DNA from: Nitrospirota bacterium
GTDB taxonomy: Bacteria > Nitrospirota > UBA9217
Reading direction: 5' to 3'
DNA: 64,000 bases
Assembly (NCBI GenBank): GCA_963754875.1
Contig: CAVWHO010000016.1
Location: 288,001 to 352,000, forward strand
Below are positions 49,473 to 61,660 of this stretch, in pieces. Position 1 is the first letter of the stretch, and the number at the start of each line of letters is the position of its first letter. A program made the position numbers and the translations under genes. Under the pieces are notes generated by a model. The model was not told where the DNA came from. It was given only the letters and a program-made list of their open reading frames with translations, and did no database searches.

Positions 49473-51365
49473 TCACTTCCCCAACCCGAACAGCAGTCGA
49501 GACCCCTTTTTGTAACGAAGGATATACTGGCTGCTCTTGTCGACAGTCGGCGGATTACTCCCCAGGGGGAACGAGGAAGTCAATGCTTTCGTAATCGAGA
49601 AAGGGACCCACCAGTCGGAGTAGTTATTCAAATCTGCCACGCTCGTAAGGGCCTGCCCCTGCCACGGACTCGAAAGATTCAGGATTATCGGGGAAGGATA
49701 TTGCAAGGTCACTCCGAGGCCTGCGGTGTTTGCTTCATGCCAGTTACTGTCTCCCAAATTTACCGGATCATACATATAGAGACGCGCGAGGGCCGTCGTG
49801 CAGGTGGGTCCGCTGGCATAATCGTTGACTAAGAAGTAGTAGTCCCCTGCCAGTACCTGGTCGTTGGCAAGATAATATTCCTCCGACTTGTCGGAAACGC
49901 TGGAATCCTGCGAGAAGAATCCATTGGGGCTCGTTTGCCCCATATAGGGAGCATGCAGGCTGCCGTTACCGGTCGTAGCAAAATCGACAGCAGGCTCCCA
50001 CACATAGAGGTCAAGATCGGCATCGCAAGCCTGACCGCTCACGTAATTGGTCCAGGTAATCTTGATGCCGAAGTTGCCCGGCTTGTAGACAGCCGTACCT
50101 CCGCCGGAGCCGGTCAGAAGGTAATTGATGTATGATCCCCACGTGCCGCTTGCCGACGTTCGTGAAGTGAGATTACACTTGAGCTGACTATACTGGGCAA
50201 GTTCGGTTGAATTTGTTTCATTAGCCTGAGGCACGTAGATCGCCAAACCATGGGAGTTCGCTACGCTAGTCCCTGTCGTTTTACTGTCAACCACGACACT
50301 GCCCATCAAGGTCATGATTTCCGCACTGAGCGTTTTTGCCGTTCCCGATGTCCCGGAGGAAAGATTTGTGTTCAGGCTCTTGCAAAATTCATAGAGATCA
50401 TGGTTCGCGGTATACTCATAATTCTGGGTATTATTCTGTGCGTTTTGCACCGCTGCCGTTGCCGTAGTATCGTTTGTCAGCGCCTTGGCGAGTGCGACGA
50501 CTTTAGCGTCCAGCGCGTCGATCTGTGACATGTCAATAGCCGACTTTGTCGTACCTTCCCGCGTGTCGGGAACGTAAAAAGCATTGTAGTTGTCAACGAT
50601 CGTGGCCGCCAGGGTTCGGCCTGTCATGGATGGATTTGCCGACAAGGCGCCCAGGATCGTATCGTAGGGGTCCCCGGTTCCCGGCTCGGTCTGCTCGGAG
50701 AGGGCCATATAGTCTGTCAAGCCTCGGAACTCATAGGCGACTTCATACATGGCCATGAGGCAGGCGTCAAAGTTGATAACGTCGAAATGGACGCCGGAAT
50801 CCGCAACGCCTTTTGCCAAATCGGGAAGGCTCATAAAGTTACCGCTCGTGTCATCCAGGACCGCTCCTTTCAGCGGGCTCCGCAGCTTGTTCGTTTTCCA
50901 GCCGCCGCCGTGGTCCCAGATAACCAGGGCATAGTGCTGTGCCGGATAGTTCGTTTTGGCCCAGTTGATGAAATCCGTCAAGGCCGCAGGCGTAGCCATA
51001 TCGACATACCCGATGCCCGTACCGGCATTCAGATTCACGGCGTTCGGATTGCCGTCGTTCTCGACATAGATCCTGCCGGCAACAGCTTGTGTTATGCCGG
51101 AAGCGGCAGAGTATTGCGGGCTGAATTCCGCCTGCACAACGATCGCAAGTGGACCCGACGAGCCGACCTTTTCCATGTCGTTCAAGTTATACAGGCCCGC
51201 ATCGGACAAATTGTTGTTCGCGCCCATATAGACCATGTAGGTCCACTGGCGCGTACCCGAATTTGTTGACGGTGAAGAACTGCCACCTCCACCGCCGCAA
51301 GACCACACACCAAGAGATAGGAACAGGATACCAATGATATGCAGATGCAATCTTCGTCTTTTCAT
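49473..51365 (-). CDS. Clostripain-family (C11) cysteine peptidase lipoprotein
   Basis: Lipobox VWSC, WTYMVYM..NNL, catalytic WDHGGG and FDACLM. Confidence 0.88.
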   Translation of the reverse strand: MKRRRLHLHIIGILFLSLGVWSCGGGGGSSSPSTNSGTRQWTYMVYMGANNNLSDAGLYNLNDMEKVGSSGPLAIVVQAEFSPQYSAASGITQAVAGRIYVENDGNPNAVNLNAGTGIGYVDMATPAALTDFINWAKTNYPAQHYALVIWDHGGGWKTNKLRSPLKGAVLDDTSGNFMSLPDLAKGVADSGVHFDVINFDACLMAMYEVAYEFRGLTDYMALSEQTEPGTGDPYDTILGALSANPSMTGRTLAATIVDNYNAFYVPDTREGTTKSAIDMSQIDALDAKVVALAKALTNDTTATAAVQNAQNNTQNYEYTANHDLYEFCKSLNTNLSSGTSGTAKTLSAEIMTLMGSVVVDSKTTGTSVANSHGLAIYVPQANETNSTELAQYSQLKCNLTSRTSASGTWGSYINYLLTGSGGGTAVYKPGNFGIKITWTNYVSGQACDADLDLYVWEPAVDFATTGNGSLHAPYMGQTSPNGFFSQDSSVSDKSEEYYLANDQVLAGDYYFLVNDYASGPTCTTALARLYMYDPVNLGDSNWHEANTAGLGVTLQYPSPIILNLSSPWQGQALTSVADLNNYSDWWVPFSITKALTSSFPLGSNPPTVDKSSQYILRYKKGSRLLFGLGK

Positions 51366-51411
51366 ACCAGCCTCTCCCTTCGAATACCATAAGGTTGCGA
51401 TGGTGAGCCTG

Positions 51412-51467
51412 ATTCTATACTGGACAATCGAACTGGTCAAGGAAAGAAGTAGGGTATTTTTAGGGTA
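51412..51467 (-). promoter_or_regulatory. sigma70 promoter with upstream TACCC-N6-TACCC motif (copy 3)
   Basis: TACCCTAAAAATACCC-11-TTGACC-17-TAGAAT. Confidence 0.65.
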
Positions 51468-51580
51468 GGCAATGATTAAGGAGGGGAGGGCACAAATGCA
51501 AAATCACAATTTTACCCATGGCCAGGCAGGCGCTTTTTCAAGATCTCGCAGGCGCCCCTCCCTGCATCAAGAGTGTCGGA

Positions 51581-51946
51581 CTAATTCTCTTCCGATAGTT
51601 CGGTCCGTACGAGCGCCAGTATTGCCGAATGCGGGACGATGAGGTACTTCTTTTCTTCAAACTCGATCTCCATGGCAGAGTCCTTGAGAAAGATCGCATA
51701 GTCGCCCTCCGCTGCCTGGAGAGGAACATATTTTACGTCCTTCTTCCCCGTTTGCCACGACTCATCGGGCGTTGTATCTGGGATCGCATAGCCGGGACCG
51801 GTCTTCACGACGTGGCCGCCCAGGACCTTCTCCTTTTCCTTGACTGTGGGCGGGAGGTAGAGCCCCGAAGGGGTCTTGTCCATGCGCTCGTCAGGATCGA
51901 TGAGGACACGATCTCCGACAATAATAAGGTTCTTCTTCGTTTTCAT
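51581..51946 (-). CDS. Orphan GroES/Cpn10 family protein
   Basis: GDRVLI, TPSGLYLP, GPG; no groEL adjacent. Confidence 0.85.
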   Translation of the reverse strand: MKTKKNLIIVGDRVLIDPDERMDKTPSGLYLPPTVKEKEKVLGGHVVKTGPGYAIPDTTPDESWQTGKKDVKYVPLQAAEGDYAIFLKDSAMEIEFEEKKYLIVPHSAILALVRTELSEEN

Positions 51947-52150
51947 GATCAGCATTATAATCGTTTTTTTAAATACCGCAAGAGTCGTATCACGGGGGTC
52001 AGAAACGTTGACACGAACGAATGCGGAGAAGAGTCGGATAAGATCGGAACTTTTCCCGGAAAAGGATTCATGCTAGTCCTTGTCTTTTTTTTCCGCCTTT
52101 AGAAGTTAATCCGATTTTTCTGTATCCAAAATGCTCTTTAGGTTTATGTA

Positions 52151-52543
52151 CTATCGTTTTTTTGTAATGCCCATGAAGTGTGACAGGATCGCCGCAATTT
52201 TGTATCTCCGGTCCGCGAACCATTGGTATGAGACGCGGGAGATCGTCCGTGCACCGGGAAGTTTGAATAGGAGGACTGCGAAGCGATAGTGTTTGAGCCG
52301 TGTGAAGACTTCGGGCAGGGCTTGTTCGCCGACGAGGACCGTGCCGTCGGGAAGGACTAGGTGCATCGCGTTCATGCAAGCCGCGCGCTCTATATCAGGG
52401 AACCGGGACGCAGTCTCTTCGGCTTGGCACAGCAATAGGGTAAAGGAGTTTTCAATCTCGTTCTCCCTGATCCACCCGATAGCCCCGGAGCAAAGCGGAC
52501 AGGACCCGTCGTAGATGAGCGTTGCCTGCTCCTGTTTTTTCAT
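52151..52543 (-). CDS. DCC1-like thiol-disulfide oxidoreductase (DUF393)
   Basis: YDGSCPLC; Y.W.A.RRY. Confidence 0.88.
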   Translation of the reverse strand: MKKQEQATLIYDGSCPLCSGAIGWIRENEIENSFTLLLCQAEETASRFPDIERAACMNAMHLVLPDGTVLVGEQALPEVFTRLKHYRFAVLLFKLPGARTISRVSYQWFADRRYKIAAILSHFMGITKKR

Positions 52544-52593
52544 GGTTCTGCCTCATAACGGAATATGTTTCATCCCGCTATGCCCCTGGAAAC

Positions 52594-52944
52594 TCAGCAG
52601 TAGACATAGGTCCGAGCCAGCTTCGGCAATGACTCATCGTCGACGATGAAGGAACAACTGCGGAAATCATCCCGCAGCCCGTCAAGCGCCTGAATAAAAT
52701 CAAAGAGCCGCAGGTTCGGGTGTGCGTTCAAGCCGGCCCGGAGCAAAGGAATGCTTTTGATCAGCAGTTCGAACGCCCCCTTGCATTCGCGCCGGATGTA
52801 GTGATGAAACGAGCCGGTCACCATTAGCAGCCCCTGGAGGAAGTTTGTCTCATCCGGGTCTTTTTCATCGAGCCAGATGTCCTCCCACGCTTCATGGGCA
52901 TCGAAATATTTTCCATCATTGAACAGGGAAATGCCTTTCTCCAA
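52594..52944 (-). CDS. DUF309 domain protein
   Basis: LFNDG.YFDAHEAWE..W, QGL; true start may be an out-of-frame ATG near 52964. Confidence 0.82.
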   Translation of the reverse strand: MEKGISLFNDGKYFDAHEAWEDIWLDEKDPDETNFLQGLLMVTGSFHHYIRRECKGAFELLIKSIPLLRAGLNAHPNLRLFDFIQALDGLRDDFRSCSFIVDDESLPKLARTYVYC

Positions 52945-53009
52945 TCGCCTGCTTCAGATCTCATGGTTTTCACTGCCTTTTCCCCCCTTCTTCTTTTGCG
53001 TCTCCAGAG

Positions 53010-53120
53010 AAAAAAACCGGGATGCCCGATCGAACTGTCCTTCGGCAACCCGGCATCTTTCGGAAAGGGAAGATCCACGACTTTCCGCCCCCTCCTCACG
53101 AAGGGTTGGGTTTTATCGGG
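53010..53120 (-). ncRNA. GEMM-I cyclic dinucleotide riboswitch with overlapping terminator; A20 variant
   Basis: CGAUAAAACCCAA CCCUUC-GUGA-GGAGGG GGCGGAAAG...GCCGGGUUGCCGAA, then GGCAUCCCGG-U7. Confidence 0.82.
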
Positions 53121-53140
53121 ATGGCGTCTATCCTGATTTA

Positions 53141-53170
53141 TTTATAGCTCTCCGGGGTCCACGCTGTCAA
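53141..53170 (-). promoter_or_regulatory. sigma70 promoter for the riboswitch transcript
   Basis: TTGACA-18-TATAAA. Confidence 0.55.
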
Positions 53171-53237
53171 GTTCCGGTTCGGGGCGAGTGGACCTTGTAA
53201 GCTCGAAGCCTGAATCGGGGGGAAGATTACCCCTAGA

Positions 53238-53681
53238 TTACGCCGCGTTTCGTTCGCCTTGTACGGCATAGCTCCGGAAATCCTGCTCGATGCCCTTGAT
53301 AAAATTTTCGCGCCGTCTCTTGTAAGAAAAGGTCTTGATCCCGATAAACATCCGGTAATCGATGTAAAAATAGAGTTCAAAACTGCTCACTGCCACTGCC
53401 GACAGGATGAAGCCGCTCTTGAGCCTCAACAATTCCGTATGGACCTGGAAATCCACGTTGAACAGCACAATTACGGCCAGGACCAGAGCGGCGAGAATGA
53501 GATTGAAGACAGTGAAGAACCTGCGCTCGAGCTCCCTGAACTCGATGGACTCCACATAATCGAACAGCCTTCCGGCCTTCTCATCAAACGTTTCCCAATC
53601 GCGTTTTCGCGCGTAATAGAGCAGCCCATTGCGGTAACTCTCCACTTCCTGATTGAATAGTTCGGCAAGCTCCTTTTTCAT
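53238..53681 (-). CDS. 2-TM hypothetical protein
   Basis: 147 aa ORF, two hydrophobic segments, SD AGGTG. Confidence 0.65.
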   Translation of the reverse strand: MKKELAELFNQEVESYRNGLLYYARKRDWETFDEKAGRLFDYVESIEFRELERRFFTVFNLILAALVLAVIVLFNVDFQVHTELLRLKSGFILSAVAVSSFELYFYIDYRMFIGIKTFSYKRRRENFIKGIEQDFRSYAVQGERNAA

Positions 53682-53726
53682 GCCAAATCACCTGCACTTT
53701 CCTTCAAAGTTGATTTAACAGGAGTA

Positions 53727-54071
53727 TCAACAATGCCCGCTATATTGTATGTTTTCCTCCGTTGGAACGTGCTCGACGGTCCCGCTGCTGCCACACTCGC
53801 TGCACCGTTCTATACCTTGGATGATCAGCTTTGCGGCGCATTCCCGGTATTCCTCAATAAGCCCCCGGTCCGAAAGGCTCTTCAGCAACAGGGCCTTGGG
53901 TTCTATGTAGGAAGCACCACAATGCATGCAGACCCAGATAAAGTTCTGTTTTGCTGATGCAAGACACTTTGTACAAACAAAGATATGCTGCCTTGGCGCG
54001 ATCTCCGTACTGATCGGCGTCATCTCTTCCCTGCAAATATGGCAAAGGGTTGTGAAATATCGGTTGTCCAC
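53727..54071 (-). CDS. Hypothetical protein with four CxxC motifs
   Basis: CHIC, CTKC, CMHC, CSEC; SD GAGG. Confidence 0.6.
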   Translation of the reverse strand: MDNRYFTTLCHICREEMTPISTEIAPRQHIFVCTKCLASAKQNFIWVCMHCGASYIEPKALLLKSLSDRGLIEEYRECAAKLIIQGIERCSECGSSGTVEHVPTEENIQYSGHC

Positions 54072-54125
54072 CAAGTACGCCTCACTTTCACGATAGAGAT
54101 ACATAATATATATATTATACAAAAA

Positions 54126-54141
54126 AGCAAAAACCATGCCT
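54126..54141 (-). promoter_or_regulatory. sigma54 (-24/-12) promoter
   Basis: AGGCATGGTTTTTGCT = GG-N10-GC. Confidence 0.55.
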
Positions 54142-54285
54142 GACTAGATTTGAGATAGGCGGGTGGAAAAGGGGGCGGGTTGAAATAAACCAGTTCTTCG
54201 GTTTATCAAAGGGATAATTCGTTTCAATAATCAGGGCATTGTTAACAGCAGCATACATCGAGAAAAATAGCCCAAAATAGGTAGG

Positions 54286-55615
54286 TCAAAATTTTTCTCC
54301 TGTGGGAAAATTGACACTATATTCTGTTCCGTAATGGGCAGTTACAAGGTTTCCCCTCAACTTCTCGGCATGCAATATCCGTTTTACAGCCAGTTCGTAT
54401 GCCGCCTTGCGCATTCTGCATCGGGTTTCCCGACAGCGGCTCTGGACGTCGTTGAAGGCCGTGGTCATGATCTCCTTCAGCCGGGCAAGTACTTTTTCTT
54501 CAGGCCAGGCGTCTCCGTTCAGGTTCTGGCTCCATTCGAAGTAGCTGACCACAACGCCTCCCGCGTTGGCGAGAATGTCCGGGATGAGGAGGATGTCCCG
54601 GTTAAAGAGAATATCATCAGCTGCCGCAGTCGTCGGCGCATTGGCGAGTTCAAGAATGAACTGCGCTTTCACGTCCTTTGCATTGTTCGCGTCGAGCTGG
54701 TTCGAAAGCGCCGCGGGTATCAGCACATCGCAATCGATTGTAAGGAGCTCGGAGTTGGTGATGTCCCGTGCGCCGGGAAAGTGAACGATGGTGCCCGTCT
54801 TTTTTTTGTGCTCTCTGATCGCCGGGATGTCGAGGCCCTGCGGGTTCAGGATGCCGCCGTTGACATCGCTCACGGCCATGACGTTGTAGCCTCGTTCATG
54901 AAGGATACGCGCTGCGTTTTCACCCACGTTGCCGAACCCCTGGACCGCAACGCGAAGCCCGCGGGGATCCATGCCGCGGTCCTTCAGGGCCTGTTCGAGC
55001 ACATGGATACCACCCAGGGCAGTGGAATATCTGCGCGCCACGATGCCGCCCAGTTCCGGAGGTTTGCCCGTGACCACGGCGGGCACATGCTCGCGCTTGA
55101 TCCGTTCGAATTCATCGAGGATCCACGCCATGATCTGTTCGTCGGTGTAGACGTCCGGCGCGGGAATATCTTTGAACGGGCCGATGTAGTCGGCGATGGC
55201 CCGGATGTAGCCGCGCGTCACAAGTTCGAGGTCCCGCCGGGAGATGTCCATCGGGATTGACGACCACGCCGCCTTTTGCGCCGCCGAAGGGAATGTTCAC
55301 GACCGCGCACTTGAGTGCCATGAGAAAGGCCAGTTCGCTGGCATGCTCTGCGTTCATCTCCGGGTGGAACCGGATGCCGCCCTTGGCCGGCCCGCGGGCG
55401 TCGTTGTACTGCACGCGAAAGCCCGTGAACATCTGCGTCTTGCCGGTCGTCATCTTGACCGGAAAGCTTACCGTAAAGGACTGCCGCGGCACGGACAGGA
55501 GATCAAGTGCGTCCTGGGTAAGTCCCAAGTCGGTGTAGATCGTCTGCAGTTCGGTCATGCCGACGCTGCGGAGATCTTTTTCGTCTCGGTGGAGCCGGTC
55601 GTGGTTGCGGTTCAT
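54286..55615 (-). CDS. gdhA: Glu/Leu/Phe/Val dehydrogenase (frameshift near 55250)
   Basis: [37 protein letters not shown]. Confidence 0.88.
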
Positions 55616-55630
55616 GAACACCTCGAAGGC

Positions 55631-55710
55631 AGTTCAAAGTTCAGCGATCATAGTGCAAAGTAAAAATCTTGCTTCTTCAACTCGGAACTGTGAACTTTGA
55701 ACTCTGAACT
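55631..55710. repeat. Bipartite inverted heptamer array (AGTTCAA / TGAACTT)
   Basis: agttcaa agttcag cgatcat agtgcaa ... ggaactg tgaactt tgaactc tgaact. Confidence 0.7.
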
Positions 55711-55711
55711 A

Positions 55712-57135
55712 TTATTTTGTCAGTCCCGTCTTCTTCGCCGTTTCAGAAACGGCCGCGGCAACGCGGGCCGGGACTTCCCGGTCAAAGGGGCTGGGAATGA
55801 TGTAATCTTCGTGCAGCTCTTCGGTCTCGATACACATGGGCTATGGCCTTGGCAGCCGCGAGTTTCACGGCTTCGTTCACGCCATGGGCCCGCACGTCGA
55901 GGAGCCCGCGGAACATGCCGGGGAAGCCGAGCATGTTGTTGATCTGGTTCGGGTAGTCGGACCGTCCCGTTGCCATGACCCGCACCAGGTCGTGGACATC
56001 CTCGGGCGAGATCTCCGGGTCAGGGTTTGCAAGGGCGAAGACAACGGGGTCCTTTGCCATTTTCCTCACGTCGTCGGCGGAGATCACGTTCGGAGCCGAA
56101 AGACCGATGAAGACGTCAGCTCCCTTCATGGCGTCCGAAATGCGGCCTTTCAGTTTCCGCGGGTTCGTCACTTTCGCGAGCTCGCGCTTGGCGGGGTCCA
56201 TACCCTGCTTTCTGCCGACGGAGAGGACGCCGGTGCTGTCGCACACGGTGATGTCCTTGACGCCCGAGGCCAGGAGGATTTTGGTCACTGCCGTGCCCGC
56301 GGCGCCTGCGCCGACCACGACGACCTTGAACTTTTTGATGTCCCGCTTCAAGAGCCGCGAGACGTTGATGAGCGCGGCCAGCGCAACGACCGCGGTCCCG
56401 TGCTGGTCGTCATGGAACACGGGGATGTCGAGCAGCTTTCTGAGCCTTTTTTCGACCTCAAAACAGTGGGGCGCGGAAAAATCTTCCAGGTTGATGCCGC
56501 CGAAGGCCGGCGCTATGTTCTTCACGGTCTCGACGATCTCGTCCACGTTCTGTCGTGGCGAGCACGATCGGGAAGGCATCGATATTGGCGAACTCCTTGA
56601 AGATCATCGCCTTGCCTTCCATGACGGGAAGCGCTGCTTCGGGCCCGATGTCGCCGAGGCCCAGGACAGCAGTGCCGTCGGATATGACGGCAACGGAATT
56701 GCCTTTTATGGTGTAGCGGTAGGCATGCTCTTTATTCTGAAAGATGTCCATGCACACGCGCGCCACACCCGGGGTATAGACCTTGGAGAGGTCGTTCCGG
56801 TCCCGTAGCGGCAGCTTGTTTTTGATCTCGATCTTTCCGCCTTCATGGGCCAGGAACGTGCGGTCCGAGACCCTGATGACCTTGACGCCCGTAACGGTCC
56901 TGATCGCTTTTACAATGGCCTTTTCGTGTTCTTCGTTCTGGGCGTTTACGGTGATGTCGCGGATGATCTTGCCCTTTTCCACGCGCACGATGTCCACGGA
57001 GCCCAGGTCGCCGCCTGCGCTCGAAATGGCCGTGGCGATCCTCGCGAACATCCCGATCCTGTTCTCAATCTCCACTCTGATGCTGATGCTGTAGCTGGGA
57101 CTGCAGCTGTAGTCGGACGTGCATGCGTCGCTCAT
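55712..57135 (-). CDS. NAD(P)-dependent malic enzyme with N-terminal ACT domain (two frameshifts)
   Basis: YTPGVA, DGTAVLGLG, PVMEGK, HDDQHGT, GAGAAG, NQINN. Confidence 0.88.
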
Positions 57136-57467
57136 AGATGGTCTCCTTTTGACTAATTATAGAAGCAATATCCCCGATGGTCAACTCTGGTTCGCATTAT
57201 AATAATAAATAATAGAGGAAGACGAACGACGTCTTGTCGGCAATAATTCCAAGTTGAGTTTTTCTCTTTTTTAAAAATCACGGTGCAAAAAATAAATGAA
57301 GCAGGTATAATTCCCTCCGTAATTTTTTCGTACGGCGTTTTATTGCAAAGATGCGCGGCTTCGAAACCAATCCGAAGCCGTTCCTCTGGACATTTTTTGA
57401 CTTTGCGATTATACTGCCATTGTTCCGCGATTCATTATTCCGGCGCCGGAAGTGATAAAGGACGACT

Positions 57468-58863
57468 ATGACCGACTTTCGCATCGAAAAAGATTCCCTC
57501 GGGGAAGTAAAGGTCCCGAAAGATGCGCTCTACAGCGCCCAGACGCAGCGGGCTGTAGAAAACTTTCCCGTGAGCGGCATCGGCTTTTCCCGCGCCTTCC
57601 TCCGCGCCCTCGGGCTCATCAAGGCCACGGCCGCAGAGGTGAACGCCGGGCTCGGGTCTGCTCGATGCCACGATCGCCCATGCAATTCATCTCGCTGCTC
57701 TCGAAGTGTCTGACGGAAAATGGGACGACCAGTTCCCGCTCGACATTTACCAGACCGGCTCCGGCACGTCCACAAACATGAACGCAAACGAGGTGATCGC
57801 GAGCCGCGCGACCCAGATCCTCGGCGCTTCGGCAAAGCCCGTCCATCCGAATAATCATGTGAACATGGGCCAGTCGTCGAACGACGTCATTCCTGCCGCC
57901 ATCCATGTGAGCGCTTATCTCGAAGTAAGCGAAAAACTTCTGCCTGCGCTCAGGCACCTTCAGGGAACGCTCAAGAAGCGCGAAGCGGAGTTTCATGATA
58001 TAGTAAAAACGGGCAGGACCCATTTAATGGACGCCATGCCGGTAAGGCTCAGCCAGGAGATAAGCGGCTGGGCGTACCAGGTTGAGCTTGCAGTCGCCAG
58101 GATAGAATCCACCCTGCCCCGCCTGGCACAGCTCGCTATCGGCGGCACTGCCGTAGGCACGGGCATCAACGCACCTAAGGAGTTCGGCAAGATCGTGGCG
58201 AGCAGGCTTGCAGGCAGCACCAAGCTCCCCTTTGTCGAAACAGCGAATCATTTTGCCGCGCAGGCAACCATGGATTCCGCAGTCGAGCTCTCCGGGCAGT
58301 TGAAGACCACTGCATCGTCATTCATGAAGATGGCCAACGACCTCCGCTGGATGAACAGCGGTCCTATCGCAGGACTGGGTGAGATCTCCCTGCCGTCACT
58401 GCAGCCGGGATCGAGCATCATGCCCGGCAAGGTAAACCCCGTTATGTGCGAGATGATGATGATGGTCTGCGCCCAGGTCACGGGGAATGACGCCGCGATC
58501 ACGATCTGCAACCAGCAGGGCAATTTCGAGCTGAACGTCATGCTCCCGGCCGTAGCGCATAACCTGCTGCAGTCCATACAACTCATGGGGAACGCGGCGC
58601 GGCTTCTTGCGGACAAGGCCGTTGCCGGCTTTATTGTGAACAAGGAACGCATTGCGGGCCTGGTGGACCAGAACCCGATCCTCGTGACAGCGCTCAATCC
58701 CGTGATCGGTTACGACAAGGCCGCGCAGATCGCAAAAAAGGCTTATGCAGAAAAACGGTCCGTAAAAGACGTTGCCGCGGAAATGACGGGTCTGTCGAAG
58801 GCTGAATTGAACAAACTTCTCGATCCCGTGCCCATGACCGAGGGCGGGATCACCCAGGAGTAG
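57468..58863 (+). CDS. fumC: Class II fumarate hydratase (frameshift near 57655)
   Basis: [31 protein letters not shown]. Confidence 0.92.
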
Positions 58864-58890
58864 TTTATCTTTTTCATTCGAGGGAACAGG

Positions 58891-59567
58891 ATGAACTATC
58901 TTACCCACTTCCACAGTAAGCAGAAAGATCCTCATGGCCGTTTCCGGCCAGATACTCGTCTTCTTCATCCTCTTTCACATCGTTGGCAACTCTACGATTT
59001 TTTTCCACATGCTGAATGCCTACGTCGTCGGCCTCCACCATTTGCCGCTTCTGGTCTGGGGAGGCAGGCTCGTTCTCCTCGCTGCCTTCGCAATCCACAT
59101 CTATTACGGCATTGTGCTCAAGCTCGAAGAATTATGCCGCAAAGCCCCAGGCCTACGCCATGACCCGTTTCCGTCAGGCCACGTTCTCAGGCAGATACCA
59201 GATCTGGTCCGGCGTCGTGCTCCTTGCGTTTGTCGTTTACCATCTGCTCCAGTTCACCTTCCTGGTCCTCATCGACCCCTCGATCGCGCCGGCATCCCAT
59301 CCGGACGCGATGGGCAAGCCCGACGTGTTCACGATGGTCGTACGCAGTTTCCAGGAACCGGGAATCTCTCTGGCGTACCTCATCGCCCTGGGGGCGCTGA
59401 TGCTGCACCTGCTCCACGGCATCCAGAGTTCGTTCCAGACCTGGGGCCTCACCAGCGAGACAGCGCTCCCGGTGATCGAAACGTCCGGGACCATCGCGTC
59501 GATCATGCTGTTTCTGTGGTATATAGCGATCCCCGGCGTGATTGTTTTGGGAATATTGAAAGGTTGA
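58891..59567 (+). CDS. sdhC: Succinate dehydrogenase/fumarate reductase cytochrome b subunit (two frameshifts)
   Basis: [30 protein letters not shown]. Confidence 0.85.
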
Positions 59568-59570
59568 AGA

Positions 59571-59647
59571 AGCAGAGCGCATGGCGCAGAGAGCAGAGGG
59601 GATGAGGAATCAGGCTACCCCATGCTCCATGCGCTATGCTCCCTGCA
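59571..59647. repeat. Bipartite inverted heptamer array (GCAGAG/GCATGG / CCATGCT)
   Basis: agcagag cgcatgg cgcagag agcagag ... ccatgct ccatgcg ctatgct ccctgca. Confidence 0.7.
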
Positions 59648-59661
59648 CGGAGCATACGACT

Positions 59662-61575
<1,914 letters not shown>

Positions 61576-61660
61576 CGAACCGTTTAAACGTTAAAACGGT
61601 CAAGCGTCAAACGATCTACACCTTAAAGAACGAACACACTTTTTTCGAAGAGGTTGAAAC

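Noticed and set aside
5077..53729. TGA after terminal Cys in several genes as selenocysteine readthrough
   Set aside because: Ends match normal family lengths; no SECIS-like hairpin or continued homology seen.
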